Positions 36,801 to 50,400 of a stretch of 64,000 nt of DNA are shown here, piece by piece. Origin of the DNA: Fimbriosthenelais zetlandica (lineage: Eukaryota); NCBI GenBank assembly GCA_977030845.1, contig OZ365115.1:13826001-13890000 (forward strand). The letters run 5' to 3'. Under the pieces are notes generated by a model. That model had not been told where the DNA came from. It did no database searches and worked only from the letters and a program-made list of their open reading frames with translations. The stretch's first letter is position 1; the number at the start of each line of letters is the position of its first letter. A program made the position numbers and the translations under genes.

Positions 36801-39800
36801 CTCCAGTTCCCACAGCTGTATGTTTACCGGTGAGAAAATATAATATTTATAAAAAATAAATTAAGTAAAGAAACAGGTCCCCTCTTCACCATTACTGAGC
36901 CTAATAAATACTCTAATGTCAGTTCTTTGATACACCTCTCTTATTAAAATACATTTTTTAGTTCAATACTTTTTCAATTCCTAGTGAAAAATGATGAAAA
37001 TTATAATTAAATTTCCCATTATTTCAGTGAGGAGTACCTGCTGACCTGTACCGGTGGAGGCTTGTATATTCTCCATCCTCAGAGAGTGGAGGTGGTGGCC
37101 TGGACCAAACTCCCCACTGGTACGCTTCACTACTCACTAAAATTAATGTTTTTAAGAAATTTCTTTTATAATTCATTTGATGGCTGTAGATTTGAAATGC
37201 TTGAAAGATTATACATTATGATAAATTATTAATTATATTAAACAGTAATGTATGTCTATTTTAATGAATTATGTTCAACTTTATAAGTTTAAATTATTTG
37301 TTCAGATATAATAGATTTCTGCTGCTGTGAGGGGAGTGTGTACTTGTTGGAGAGTTCTGGTCACATCCTGCAGGTGTCACTAGTGTCGCCAGGCGAGCTC
37401 GTCAGGCGATGTCATGAACGCTGTCACTGGCATCAAGCTGTGACGTTAATCACCATGACGTCACCTGATGACGTGGGTGACGTCATCAAACACCTCACAG
37501 TTACCATGGTAACAGACATGATGACGCACACAGCACATCGTGATGACCTCCTACACATTATAAATATCTTAAAATCCAGAGAAGAGAATGAAAGAAAAAT
37601 GGAAATAAAGTTTGGGAGAGAAGAGGAGAGAAGTGAGAGTGTGGAGGAAGGGGACAAGATGGACGGGGAGGAAGATGGGGGGTTAGACAACTGTCATGTG
37701 ATGACAGCTGATGTCAGGCACCAAACAGACGGTGATGTCATACTGACAGAAGCGATCAATGGTGGAGATGGAGGGGAGGAGGGCGTGATAGGCTCACCAT
37801 CTTCACCCGACGCTCCATCCCCTCCTTCACTTTACACTCCCATTACTCAAGGTGAGAACTATTACTATTTTTTTCAGTTTTTAGACAGTTTTAGACACTT
37901 TTATTTTCCATTATCATATTGCCAGAAAGATGAAGTTGTTATGATATTAATTAAATTGTTATTTAATTAATTATTAAAATATTATTTTGTTAATGTTTTA
38001 GATGACTCGGTACCCTCACCTTGTGCGGACGACTCGTCATCAGAGAGGGTCGCCTCATTACGTCATCAATCTGACGACATCAACCCTAGTAACGATGACG
38101 ACACTGTGACGTCATCCTTACATCGGCAGGATTCTCTGACGTCACTTGCGTCTCTAACCTCTATGTCCAGCGCCGAGTTTCCTCTGGCAGAAATCGGTAA
38201 GTCCCATTCAAATCTTTATTAGCTAAGAATTAAGTTTTCTGGTAATTGCGTAATCTCTGGCCTAATCTCTGATTTTCACGAACAGATCAAGAGGCTGTGA
38301 TGTCTGTAAGACCGGAAGTGAAGAGACGCAGTAAGAAAGTCAAAGCTTCCATTGTTACCTTGGATACCGGAGGTAACGACGCTGAATCCACAGGCGCAGG
38401 TAAAAAAATAAGAATACATCATCCAACTTTCTCATTTAAAAATGACGAATTAACGAACCATTTCTTTGCGTGATTTGTTCTATTATCCTATTTTCTATTA
38501 CAGTAAGGAAGGTCAAGCGCCAGAAATCTATCAAATCTAAACCTGTGTCAACAGAATGTGAGTTAATAATTTAGTCATACTTTAACTAAACTTACACGTA
38601 GGCTACTGTTACATTTTTCACAAAACGGAATTTCTTTTATAGATATAGATTCATATTTAATATAGATCATTGATATAAATGTAGCACCAGATGGCGATAT
38701 GAAGGCTGGGACCATGGAGGCCTGCCCCCATAGTGAGGGTGACGTAGAGAGGGACGCTGGGACCATGGGACCCTCCCCCCTAAGTGAGGGTGATGTAGAG
38801 AGGGACACCAACTCCTCAGAAGTAAGTTCCTCCTGCTCCTCCCTGGAGAAGACTGAAGGTGACATACAGACAGATCCCCCTAGTGAGCTTCCCGTGGAGA
38901 CAGAAGCGGAGACATCTATAGTGGAACTGTCTGAAGATGGACAGGAAGTACCAGGAGGGAACTCCAGGCGACAGAGGCTGATAGCCGTCAAAGACAGGTA
39001 GGTCCTTCATTACTTCCTCCCATCCTTCCTTCCTTCCTTCCTTCCTTCCTTTGTTCCTTCCATCCTTCCTTTATTTGTTCTCCTTGTCTCCTTGTTCTTG
39101 AACTCTTAACCTTTACTTAATTCTCAGTCAAATTGTCATAGCATTTTCTCTTCTTTTTGTCAGGATTTCTAACAAAGTGAAAACCACCACCAAGTCCGTG
39201 ATACAAAACATAAAGGAGAAGAGAACTCAGATAACAGAGAAAGTGAAGAAGACAGCAGGAAAAGAGGTAAAGCTGCTTAAACTCATCAGGTACTGTACCT
39301 TCCCCATCTGTGCGCTATTCCTGGTAAACTTACCTGTTAATTCTGCCCCTTGTAGAGTGGTGAGGGGTGTCCGGGGAAGGAGCTTACTCTGAGTACGGTC
39401 GACATCACAGCACTAACAGAGGCCACCAATACAACCAGGTGATTAAAGTACTTAAAGAACAATTATCATACAGCTTTCGTAGATAACTTGGGTGTTCATA
39501 GAGGTTGGAAAGGTCGCATCTAAGTGTGGACTGCTTCTGATAATATTGTCGTCATACATTCTTAGATACTTTACATTTGATTTCTCAAGTTTATCAAATT
39601 AACAGAGAGAATTTTTATGAATTTTCAGTAAGCGGTTGGAGGACATTTCTGTATCGATGAATGGTGACGCCATGAGACCACTGTTAGACTCCTGGGCTCA
39701 TGTCCTCCACCTCACTCTCCTACAACTCTGGTCAGACCACCCCTCAACACTCAACCGGCAAACAGAGGGTAAAACACCGCACCGAGCTGAGCGAAATCAC

Positions 39801-42800
39801 CAGGCACATGCTGAAAATACAAACCAAAACAGAAAAGACAGCGAAAATCACAGTGAAAATGAGCAAAATCCTATAAGTGAAGTGACTGAGACTGAGAGTG
39901 AAACTGAAGGAAATCAAGACTCTGCAGAAAGACTTCAAAAAAGTGAAATTCTTGAAACTGAGGATCAAAGGAAGTCGTCAGAAGTAAACGTGGAGAAGGA
40001 GCGTGTTAGGGAGGAGACTGATCGAGTGAGGCAGTTAGTGCAGCCATCTAAACCCACACCCCAGGTCTGCTACCTCACTGATCCATTTGGATTATCCGCG
40101 GATATCCTTGAGAAATGCTCAGATTTAGCTCAGCTCTGCTTCTCTCTGGGTTGCCATGGAAACATAACCTCCACCCTAGGTGCAAACAATGATATTCACA
40201 CCAGTTTATCAAAAAATAAAACCACATATCATACAGGAGATGGTGATGGGACAAAGTCAGAGACAAGGTTCACAGAAACGCAGGAGACAAAGACTGAAGA
40301 TGAAAAAATAGCCAGATTTCTGCGCCGTTATTTCTTCCTTTTCGTGGATAAGATGGAGGCGGTAGATATGACAATTAGACATTACCATGGTGACAGACTG
40401 GTCTTGTGGAAGTCCTTGGTCGATTCTCTAATGGGTGAGTTAAACTTTTACATCATTTTTTTAATTTTTATTTCCAAACAAATTACACACGTTCACATCG
40501 TCGTCCTTTGTTTATAAGTACGGTACACCCATTCTATGGCTCTTTATAATTATAACTAACATTGTTGTAACTTTGTTGTAGATCTAAGTTGCGATGACCG
40601 TATTACGGGTTACATCATGAATCAACAGGTGGACGTGGCTGTAGATATCCTCAGATCTGAGATAATCCAACATGAACTACCACTCACAGCTTACCTACTC
40701 AGGTATGGTATAACTATAGAAGAATATGTATGTATGTCCAATTAATCTCTGTAAAGGAAGAGTGACTAATCTTACTGTAGTGCTGGTAGATTGAACACTT
40801 TGGAGGCTGAGATGGAATGTTCTGAAGTTCAGTATATAGAGCTGTTCCCAATCAGATGAGTCTAGACGACACCTATAATAGGTCTTGAGTACTTTTCAGA
40901 AGAGTTCGCTGTATAGTAGCTGTCCTCCAACATATACCCTTATTTCTATGCACTACTGTAGTATAAGTATGAGTATAAATACCCTATTTTTGTTGTATTT
41001 GTTTATTTACAGGTTATACGGTATAATTCCGCTACAGACGCTGGAGTTTTGTGCTGAGATGTACAAACGCATCGACATGCTTCAGGTTTATTTCATCATC
41101 AAACTCGGCTCTAAACTAGACCAGCATTTTATAATCTACATCCACAAACTCCACAAGAGCTGTCACAGCTCAGACTGGTAGGTTTAGTCTTATTATAAAC
41201 CCGCTTACATGGTACGTACACTCCCAGAGAAGCCCTGGAAACTTGGTCTCCTGTATAGCTTAATAACTGAGCTGTGACACCCACAGCTTCTCTACCAGCT
41301 ACAGTTTCCGCTCTGTTTTACTTGTAATATTTGAGGTTATTTTATATTATGTAGGGACAGTAGGGCTAAGTAATACATGTAGCCTTATTTTTGTCATATA
41401 TTTTCTATTTTAAGATGGATGTAATTATTTGTGATATAATGAATAGGCCTATACCGATGTGATATATGTTCTATTTTCTATTTAGGATGGGTGTATTTAT
41501 TTTTGATGTATATTTTGTATTTTAGGATGAGTTTATATATTTATGATGTATTTTTTCTATTTTAGGATGGGTGTATTGAGTAGAATACACGGTGATGGAG
41601 AGTTAAGGCGAGCCCTCCTCACCTGCCTCCTACACCGTCCACCAGGTGCCACTCAGCTTCTCAGCTGTCAATGTAATCAGCCTCGGTAAGCTGCCTCTTA
41701 AAGCTACTCTATCATCTATCTTTTGGTGCTTCAATGATTTTCTTAAAGCGACTCTATCACCTATGTTTATGATTTGTGATCACTGCTACATTGTCATTAT
41801 TTTCGGCAGCATCTTACCATGACTGGACTTGTTAATTCTTTTTTCCGGCCATTGCCCAGCCTAAAATTGATCATATTTCCATTGCATTTAGACCTGGTTC
41901 TCATCTTGTACCGTGGCCAGAAGAAGACCTACTGGAGCCGTTATTATCACTGGGTGGGTTCAGCCAGGAGGAGGTGGACATGATGGCTCACCATGGTTAC
42001 TGGCGGGGCTACCTCAGATTATGTTCAAAAACAGAAGCTACAAGTAAATTACAACAATTAATATTACAACTAGACGATATTAGACTAGTCGACAGGCAGT
42101 CAGAGCTAGGTAAGTGGCATTGGGTCTCATTACTTCTGTATTTATAATTGATTACTGGAAATTTTTGGTAATATTATCGGAAATAATAAATGAATAATAT
42201 AATAAATACCGGTACTCGATTATATTTTGTTGTAATATCGGAATTAATGAATTAATATTTGATATTTTACGGCAGGTTACTATCCAGGTTGTAGTGAGGA
42301 ATGGAAGGATATGATTTATAAACGCTGTGAGCAGATTTCACGGTCAGGAGGCGGGGGTCTGTCCTGTCTACAGTGTGGAGCTGATCTCTACACAGACAGC
42401 CACCAGCAGACAGCAGGAGATGTACAGACAGGCAGTCAGGGTGAAGGCGGGAGTCATAGTGAAGGTCATATTGAAGGTCACCAGCAGACAGCAGGAGATG
42501 TACAGCCAGGCAGTCAGACTGAAGGCTGTCATATTGAAGGTCATATTGAAGGTCACCAGCAGACAGCAGGAAATGTACAGCCAGGCAGTCAGACTGAAGG
42601 CTGTCATATTGAAGGTCACAGGGTGACATTGACAGCCCTGGCGGCCATGATGGTGACTGATATCCCTGTAAAGGAAGGTCTGAACATTCTACATGAAGTG
42701 AAGGTTCCTGAAGGTTACCTTCCCCTGACCTTCTATAAAGATTGTGTCGTGGCTGCCTTCATGCAGAAACAACAGAGGTAAGCATGAGTCGTAGTCTATA

Positions 42801-43755
42801 GTCGTATAGTCGTATGGCTGCATATAATGAATAATTTATCAGAGATTCAAAGTGATCACTATTTAGAGGTTTTTCTGTAGCTTTCTTGCGTAATTTAGCC
42901 TAAAAACATACATTTTTTCCAGTGTGTTATGTCATCAGATGAGAGAACGGATTGACACGTACACATGGTCCAAGCGGTCTCCCGCCTTACCCCCACAGGT
43001 AACCTATAAAAAAGCCATTTATAACTCAAAATATTTACTGGTACTTCAACTTAATATAGGCCCTATTCCACAAAGATTACAGGCAGTGTACAGGCCTATA
43101 TTATGTCTTCTCTTGTAGATTGCTGCTGCTGTTCGTCAGGAGAAATTGGAGAGGTCTAAAACTACCTCCAGCTACCAGACATCTCTCTGTGAGAAAATGG
43201 TCAGTATTAGAGATAAAATTTACTTTCATTAACTCAAAATTCGCCCTGCTTCTTTTAATTCTTTAGAATTCTATATTAATTTATTTTATAATTTTATTAC
43301 AGTACGGCCGCCTCAGGGAGAGCCCCCGCCTGCTGGGGCCCTGCCTAGAGGGCCCTGCCTGTCACTGGGGCGTTACCATGGATAGCAGGTCGCTATGTGG
43401 GGGGTGTGGTCACCCCATACACACTCCTGTTACCATGGAAACTGGTTCCTCTGTCTACAGATGTGGTAAGTGAATTTCAGAATATCCTTTTTTCATGTAC
43501 CGGTAGGCCTACCTACCCTAACTATAGGTCTAGAACCTCGCCTCTCGCGTTTGTATTTTATAAAACTTAAAGAAAATGCGTGTACACGGTAGGGCTTTCA
43601 GGTTTTTAATTTAAATTTTTTTTCCAGGTCATACCTTTCACCGAGTTTGCTCACCTGAGGGTTTTTGCCGCCTCTGTTTTTCTACAAATTACTGTGATAG
43701 GCCTACAAGACTGAATTACGAGAATGATGGAATATATGGGTTATGGTCGAAATAG
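33898..43755 (+). CDS. HPS5: BLOC-2 complex subunit HPS5 (Hermansky-Pudlak syndrome 5 / pink), roughly 25 exons
   Basis: RIK|YVCLSASKHLVAMGTSTG...SPGRGKPERV...VTSLCWTHDGQCLYVGDDRGKVS...[27 protein letters not shown]...RYFFLF...HGYWRGYL matches the HPS5 beta-propeller and C-terminus better than its paralogue TECPR2. Stop TAG at 43753-43755. The start is ambiguous: an upstream ATG-containing exon begins at 33263. Several internal low-complexity exon boundaries are approximate. Confidence 0.88.
42399..42620 (+). repeat. In-frame coding minisatellite in an HPS5 exon (3 copies of HQQTAG[DN]VQ.GSQ.EG..H.EG)
   Basis: caccagcagacagcagga.atgtacag...gaaggtca is repeated at about 42400, 42480 and 42555 without breaking the frame. 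Confidence 0.85.
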
Positions 43756-44263
43756 ACACCTCTCATCTGTTACCATATAATGCACCAGTCACTTAATTAA
43801 TTAGACCTAGCCTGGCCAGGCCTGGCCTAGGTATATCGTATGGTAGCCTACCGTAGGCCTAGGCAGTCTGTAATGAAATTTAACCAATATTAATTTAATT
43901 ACCCAGCTGTAATTTATTTACTCTCCTTGCATTCCATGGTACGGTATGACGATAAAATGGCTTCATAAATATGTTCGTGCCTGACTCTGCACAACATGGG
44001 TCGTCGTGGCTATGCTCGTAGGCCTACGGCCCCTGCGTATTCCAGACCAATAAAGCAAGTTTCCAATCTAAATATTGGAGATTTTTCATTTTGCTGTGGT
44101 GGGAAATGCCATCGAATCCTTTATGTCTCTGAAAATGCTTAGTCCCGCTAGATTACGCCCGCAAGTGGGCGCGACTGGTACTGCAGTCTATCCAGGGGAC
44201 CGCTTGCTTACGCCCTCTTTGAAAGCGGGCGGCACTGGTACTACAGTCTGGTGAAATCTCGCG

Positions 44264-44299
44264 TGACGTCATCACCTCGACGTCTAGACCGTGACGTCA
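44264..44299 (+). promoter_or_regulatory. Two palindromic CRE (TGACGTCA) sites upstream of CNGK
   Basis: TGACGTCA at 44264-44271 and 44292-44299, about 150-180 bp 5' of the ATG. Confidence 0.5.
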
Positions 44300-44441
44300 C
44301 CACCTTGACGTCTAGACGCGGGAAACAGAGGACCACGAGAAATACAAACTGTACAGTGTAGAAAGTTACCTCCAACTCCCTGCCAAACTGATAGCAAGTT
44401 ATCATTCTGCATCTGCCTGAGAACATGGTTTGTCCATCTTC

Positions 44442-47400
44442 ATGTTTGATTCTTTGAGTCGGTCTCCTGCGTCGCCACTGAGCGGTGATAACGAGGACAT
44501 CACGATGGGCGTGTGTAACGTGTCGGTGGATCCCGGCGAGGATTCTGACGATGACATCTACACAACTCAACAAAATCCAGGAGGAATATCAGCTGAAAAG
44601 CCAAAGGTGACTGATAAATGCTGCAAAGTGATCAGCAGGAATGATCCTATCTACTTAAAATGGCAGGACGTCATTTTGACGTCTGTCATCATCTCGGCGT
44701 GTCTGGGAGTCTTCATGGTCACTCTAGATTCTACAGAGCTCACTTTGTGGGTCGTCGTTTATTTGTGTGACGCTCTCTTCGTCGTCGACATGATTCTCAT
44801 GTTTTTCACGTCGTATAAAGGTCGGGGAGGGATCCAGGTGTCTAAAAGAAACAAGATCGTGAGGAAGTATCTGAGGAAGCTGTTTATAGTGGATTTGTTG
44901 TCTGTCTTGCCCTTGGAGATCCTGGCTGTGGTTCTGGATCCAGACACACTCTGGATGACCGTCGCCTTTTTCAGGCTGAACAGACTTCTACGACTCTACA
45001 AAATCTTCACTTACTTTGGTGAGTAGAAAATTAATATTCCTAAAATATTAAATTTACTGATGACTATGTTGTGTCTGTGAGTGTGGTATTCTGTACAATT
45101 GCCATTGGATTGCTTGAGATTGACTGAGACAGACGTCTGAGTTGTACTTGTAGGCCTATTTACAAAAACAACAAATTATTAAATTTCTACATTTCTAGCA
45201 GATATAACTTATTATAAGGTTTATGTCAGTAGTGTCAAACAAGTTGCATTTTTAGGTAATTTATTTGATTAGTTTTAAGTTTATCTAGGTTCTTAATTTT
45301 AAAATATTTATTTAGACTACATTAATCATAGACATATCTATTTTGCTAATCTGTGATCATTATGAATGATAGATCTTTAATTGATCTAATACAGATCTTT
45401 ATCAATGTATATTTTTCTAATATTTATAGAGAAGCGGGAGGATGACTTGGACCAGAGCACGACTGTGACGCGCGGGTTGAAGTACTTCGTCTTGAGTTTA
45501 TTGACGACGCACGTCATGACGTGTGGATGGTACGCCATCGCTTGTGACGGACATCATGACGGTGTTAACATCACGTGTCAGCACCAGAGCTGGGCTACCA
45601 CATTTGACTTGGGTAAATATGTCTGATTTTTAGCATTGAAAATTTCTATATTGTAACATAGATCTATATTAAATATTTAAATCAAATTCAATTTTACTAT
45701 CCAAGGTCTCTACTGTGAAAAGCCAGTAGCAATGAAAACTTTTCATATACTACTACCCCATTTGACTTGGGTAAATATGTCTGATTTTTAGCATTGAAAA
45801 TTTCTATATTGTAACATAGATCTATATTAAATATTTAAATCAAATTCAATTTTACTATCCAAGGTCTCTACTGTGAAAAGCCAGTAGCAATGAAAACTTT
45901 TCATATACTACTACCCCAAAATTGAAATGTGGCGCCTTAAACTTATCCCCATTTTCCTATACTACTCAGTACTAGTCTGGATAGTTAATATGACTTTTCT
46001 TGTTTTTCACAACAAAAAAACAAATATAATAATTCACTGTGTCTGTGGGTTGTAAATGCATTTGTTTTGTCAGGATTTGATATGAGTCAAGCAGAAAGTT
46101 CCCGAGCCTACACAACATGTCTATACTGGGCCGTGGCTACAGCCACTTCTACAGGGTAATTACAGATCTCTATTACAGTCAAACTTAATTAATTTTGACG
46201 TGCAAGGGTTTGGTCCTAAGGGCCCAGATTAAAGACTAAACTCCTTTCTTGAGTACTACTTTACCACTGGTTTTAGGAAAAATAAATAAATTTCCTTAAA
46301 TATTTAATATATTTGATTCCCTGTGTTTGCTCCGCCAGCTATGGAGACATCTACGCCACCACTATACGTGAGAAGTGGTATGCTATATTCGGTATGTTGT
46401 CCGGTATCGGGGTGTTTTTCGGTATGCTGCTGGGTGGTATGACGTCCATGTTGACTAATTTAGACGCACATCGGTCTTCCTACGTCCACCGCTTCCAAAG
46501 TATTAAACGGAACCTCGTAAGTTCTCCTTATATCATTGATATAATATATAGCAATTAATGAATTATATTTTAAGTTTAATTCTTTTGATATTTGCGACCA
46601 TGGATCAGGCTTTAGGGTGTTGGATTCTAATGCAGGAGGTCCCAGGTCCAATATAAATGACAGATATCAATTATAGTTTGTATTTTAATATTCAGAGAGA
46701 GCAGTCAGTGAAGAAGGAACTGACAGACATGGTCGTGTCCTTTTATGAGTATTTGTGGAAGGAGAAGAAAGGTGTCCTGTCACACGGCGTGTACGACCAG
46801 CTACCCATCGTCTTCCAGGCCGAGATAGCACAGGCCACCAACAGTGAGACCATTCAGAAGGTAAACGTGTTGTGCCTCTCATTATTATATCATTGTCTAT
46901 ATAATATATTGTCACTGTGCCTCTCTTAAATTTATGTCTGTTATATGTTGTACCTCATTATGTCTGTATAATGTGTTGTGCCTCTCATTATGTGTATAAT
47001 ATGTTGTGCCTTTATTATGTGTGAATAATTTGTTGTGCCTCTTATGTGTGTATAATATGTTGTGTCTCATTATGTCTGTATATCTTGTGCCTCTCATGTC
47101 TATAATATGTCATGCCTCTCTTCCAGGCACCCATCTTCTCTGACACTGACCCTGGTTTAATCCGCATGTTGTCCCTCTCATTTAAACACGTTCTCTGTCT
47201 ACCCAACCAAATCATCATCAAGCGAGGCGACATCGGTACACAGATGTTCTTCATTCACTCTGGAGAGGTCGAGGTGGGTGTGAGGTTCAAATTATAAATA
47301 CACAACCCAGCGCTGCTAACTGGGATATCAAGTGCCAACCATGTCTCCCACTGTCTTTGGTGAGATGCATGTTAAAGGCCAGCTATGTCTCCCACTGTCT

Positions 47401-50400
47401 GTAGTGAGAGGCATGAAATAGAATCATTGTTGTAGTTGAAGAAGTTGGTCATTGTGTGCCGACATCCTGAGTTATAAATGAATAATATTAAATAAAATAC
47501 AAACAAATTAAATTAAATCAATAAAATACTTTTGAAGTCAGGAAAAGGACATTAAATTATTAGAATGTGTGAACATTTCAGGTGATGCACGAGGAGGATG
47601 ACGAAGCTGCAGTAGCTACCCTGAAAACAGGGAAGATATTTGGTGAGGTAAGTTTGCTGGGGGTTGAGTGGGTATTACCTTTTACTCTAGGTAAAGGCCA
47701 GTCTCCATTGTCCAGGTTTGGAGCACGATTTGTTCAAATTGAGATTGAACTCCATAAGTTGTAACATTGTTTAGATAGCTGTTTGGTATTGTGTCATATG
47801 ATTGTGACTGATTTAATGTGTTTTTTTTGTGCCTGTTTCAGGTCAGTCTGGTTTTCAGTCTGCCTCGTACAGCCACAGTTAGGGCCAAGACACACTGTGA
47901 TCTTATGGTTCTAGAAAAGACGGATCTACAACGAATCCTGCGACACTTCCCGAACGGTATGCAACATTTAAAACCTAATAAACATCGATTATTAGAATTT
48001 AAATATTTATTGAAATTATCACAAATTTTAAGTGTGTTCTCGATTCCCAGATAGTTTTAATTAAAGAGTAGTCAGACATTTAGAAATTAGTTGTAAAATA
48101 TTGCAGTTAAAGTTTAATAATAACCAATGTCCATTATTATAATAGTTTAAAATTCGTTATATTTTATTACAGCCTCAGATGCCCTACAAGCACAGGCCAA
48201 GAAGCGACTTCAGGTTCTGAATGAAATCACTGCAGCCAAGAAACCCAAACCCCAGGTTTACCATTTTATCATTAAACAATCGCCGTGTTGATTTAAAGCG
48301 GGAATGGCAGAACTGTTCTCGGTTTTCTCTGATGATAAACTATGAGTTATCTTTCAGAAAGACGCTGCGGCGATGCTGAACCAGCCTCAGTGGTTGCGGC
48401 GGTCCTCCTTCATGCCGACTAAAAGCATGCTGACCCAGGTGACGGCTGTCAAAGCTCCACCTAAAGTCAAACTCAGTAAGTCAGTGGAAATATTGAACGA
48501 CGCTGACAAAGATTCAACCTCATCTAAAGCCTCCAAGGTACGGCCAGCGACATGCTTTTATTTCTCATTTTTTTAGTTGAAAAACCAGGATCTTGCAATT
48601 AATGATTTAAAATCTAAATCACATAACGATTTGTTTGCAAACTCGAATTTGTTTTTCTTTAATTTCTATTCCATACATTTCAAAGTCAGTCGGTTTTCAA
48701 CTAAAATATGCACACTCAGAGTTGCACAAGTGGTAATAATTTTCTTTTCTTTTCAGGATAAAGGGTCTCGGTCGTGTAAAGTGTGTTCTGATCGCTGTTC
48801 TTGCCTCGTCGTGTCTAAGTCGTCCATGTCGTATAAAGTATGGAAGCACGTCATGTTAGTGATCATAATAGTGAACATGTTCCTTCATCCTTACATGGCT
48901 GCCTTCCCCGCCTACCAACCTAGAGCTGGTTAGTTCATATACCAACACTTTATAACCAACCCAGAGCTGGTCAGTCTATATTAACACTTTATAACCAACC
49001 CAGAGCTGGTCAGTCTATATTAACACTTTATAACCAACCTAGAGCTGGTTAGTCTATATTAACACATTATAACCAACCCAGAGCTGGTTAGTTCATATAA
49101 CAACACTTTATAACCAACCCAGAGCTGGTCAGTCTTTATATTATTTAATATTTGCCATTGAGGCTTCTGTACTCGGTGCTGCTAACTGGGATAACTGGGA
49201 ATCTCAGTGAGAATCATTGCTCTGTTATGAGCAGGACATTGTGTGCCGGCAGCGTGTTTCTCTCAGTGTGTTATAACTTATATTGTTGATTGTAGGGTAT
49301 GGAGACTCCACGCCGGGCGTGATTTTCTTCATGTTCATCACCTATCTATTTGATGTCGCCACTATCGCTGATATTATCGTCGACTATCTGGCCAACCCTC
49401 TCGGTAGGAACTACACAGCTTCCCTTTAACTTTAACGGCTCGAAATACTTTGAGAAATATCAGCAGGAAATTATGAATAAAAATAAATCATGTTCAGTGT
49501 GTATCAGATTCTATATGATTGCAAATTGCCTGTCCTCATTTTACAAATTAAAATGCGACAGTGATATTTCGAGCTTTATATTTTCAATAATCTGTCTCAA
49601 AAATGTTGGTTTCCTGAAGGAAAATGTTCAATTTTAATCTTGATAAAGTAATAAATATTATGTATAGATGTTATCTATATGATGTATAACATTAATCTTG
49701 ACTATTACAGATTCCTCGTTGTCAATGAAGGAGAAGGTGAAGGCACGGTTGACCAGTGCCAGTCTATGGACAGACCTCCTATCTGTCATACCTCTCGAGC
49801 TCCTGGCCTTTGCTACTACTGGTAGTATGGATGAGAAGTGGCGACTGTTCGCCCTGCTACGACTAAACCGACTACTCAGGATCTACAGTGTGAGTTATAT
49901 TCTAATATCAATCTCTCTGATACATTGTAATTTTATTTTATGAGAGGCTTGTAAAAGGCCCACCATGTCTCCCAGTGTCTACGGTGAGAGGCATATGAAA
50001 GGTCAGTCATGTCTCCCAGTGTCGATCGTGAGAGGCATATGAAAGGTCAGTCATGTCTCCCAGTTCAAATAATAAATACGAAACCCAGTGCTGCTAACTG
50101 GGATATCAAAGGCCAACCATGTCTCCCACTGTCTGTGGTTAGAGACATGTAAAAGAACCATAGCTGCTGTCAGTGTTTATTACTGTTTGTAGCTGCTGTC
50201 AGTGTTTGTTACTGTTTGTAGCTGCTGTCAGTGTTTGTTACTGTTTGTAGCTGCTGTCAGTGTTTATTATTGTCTGTAGCTGCTGTCAATGTTTATTACT
50301 GTTTGTACCTGCTGTCGTTGTTTATTTTTGTTTGTAACTGCTGTCAGTGTTTATTATTGTTTGTAGCTGCTGTCAGTGTTTATTATTGTAGCTGCTGTCA

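Noticed and set aside
44135-44250. Two tandem hairpin-plus-ctggtactacagtct motifs resembling transposon ends
   Set aside because: No matching opposite end or TSD was found in the window.
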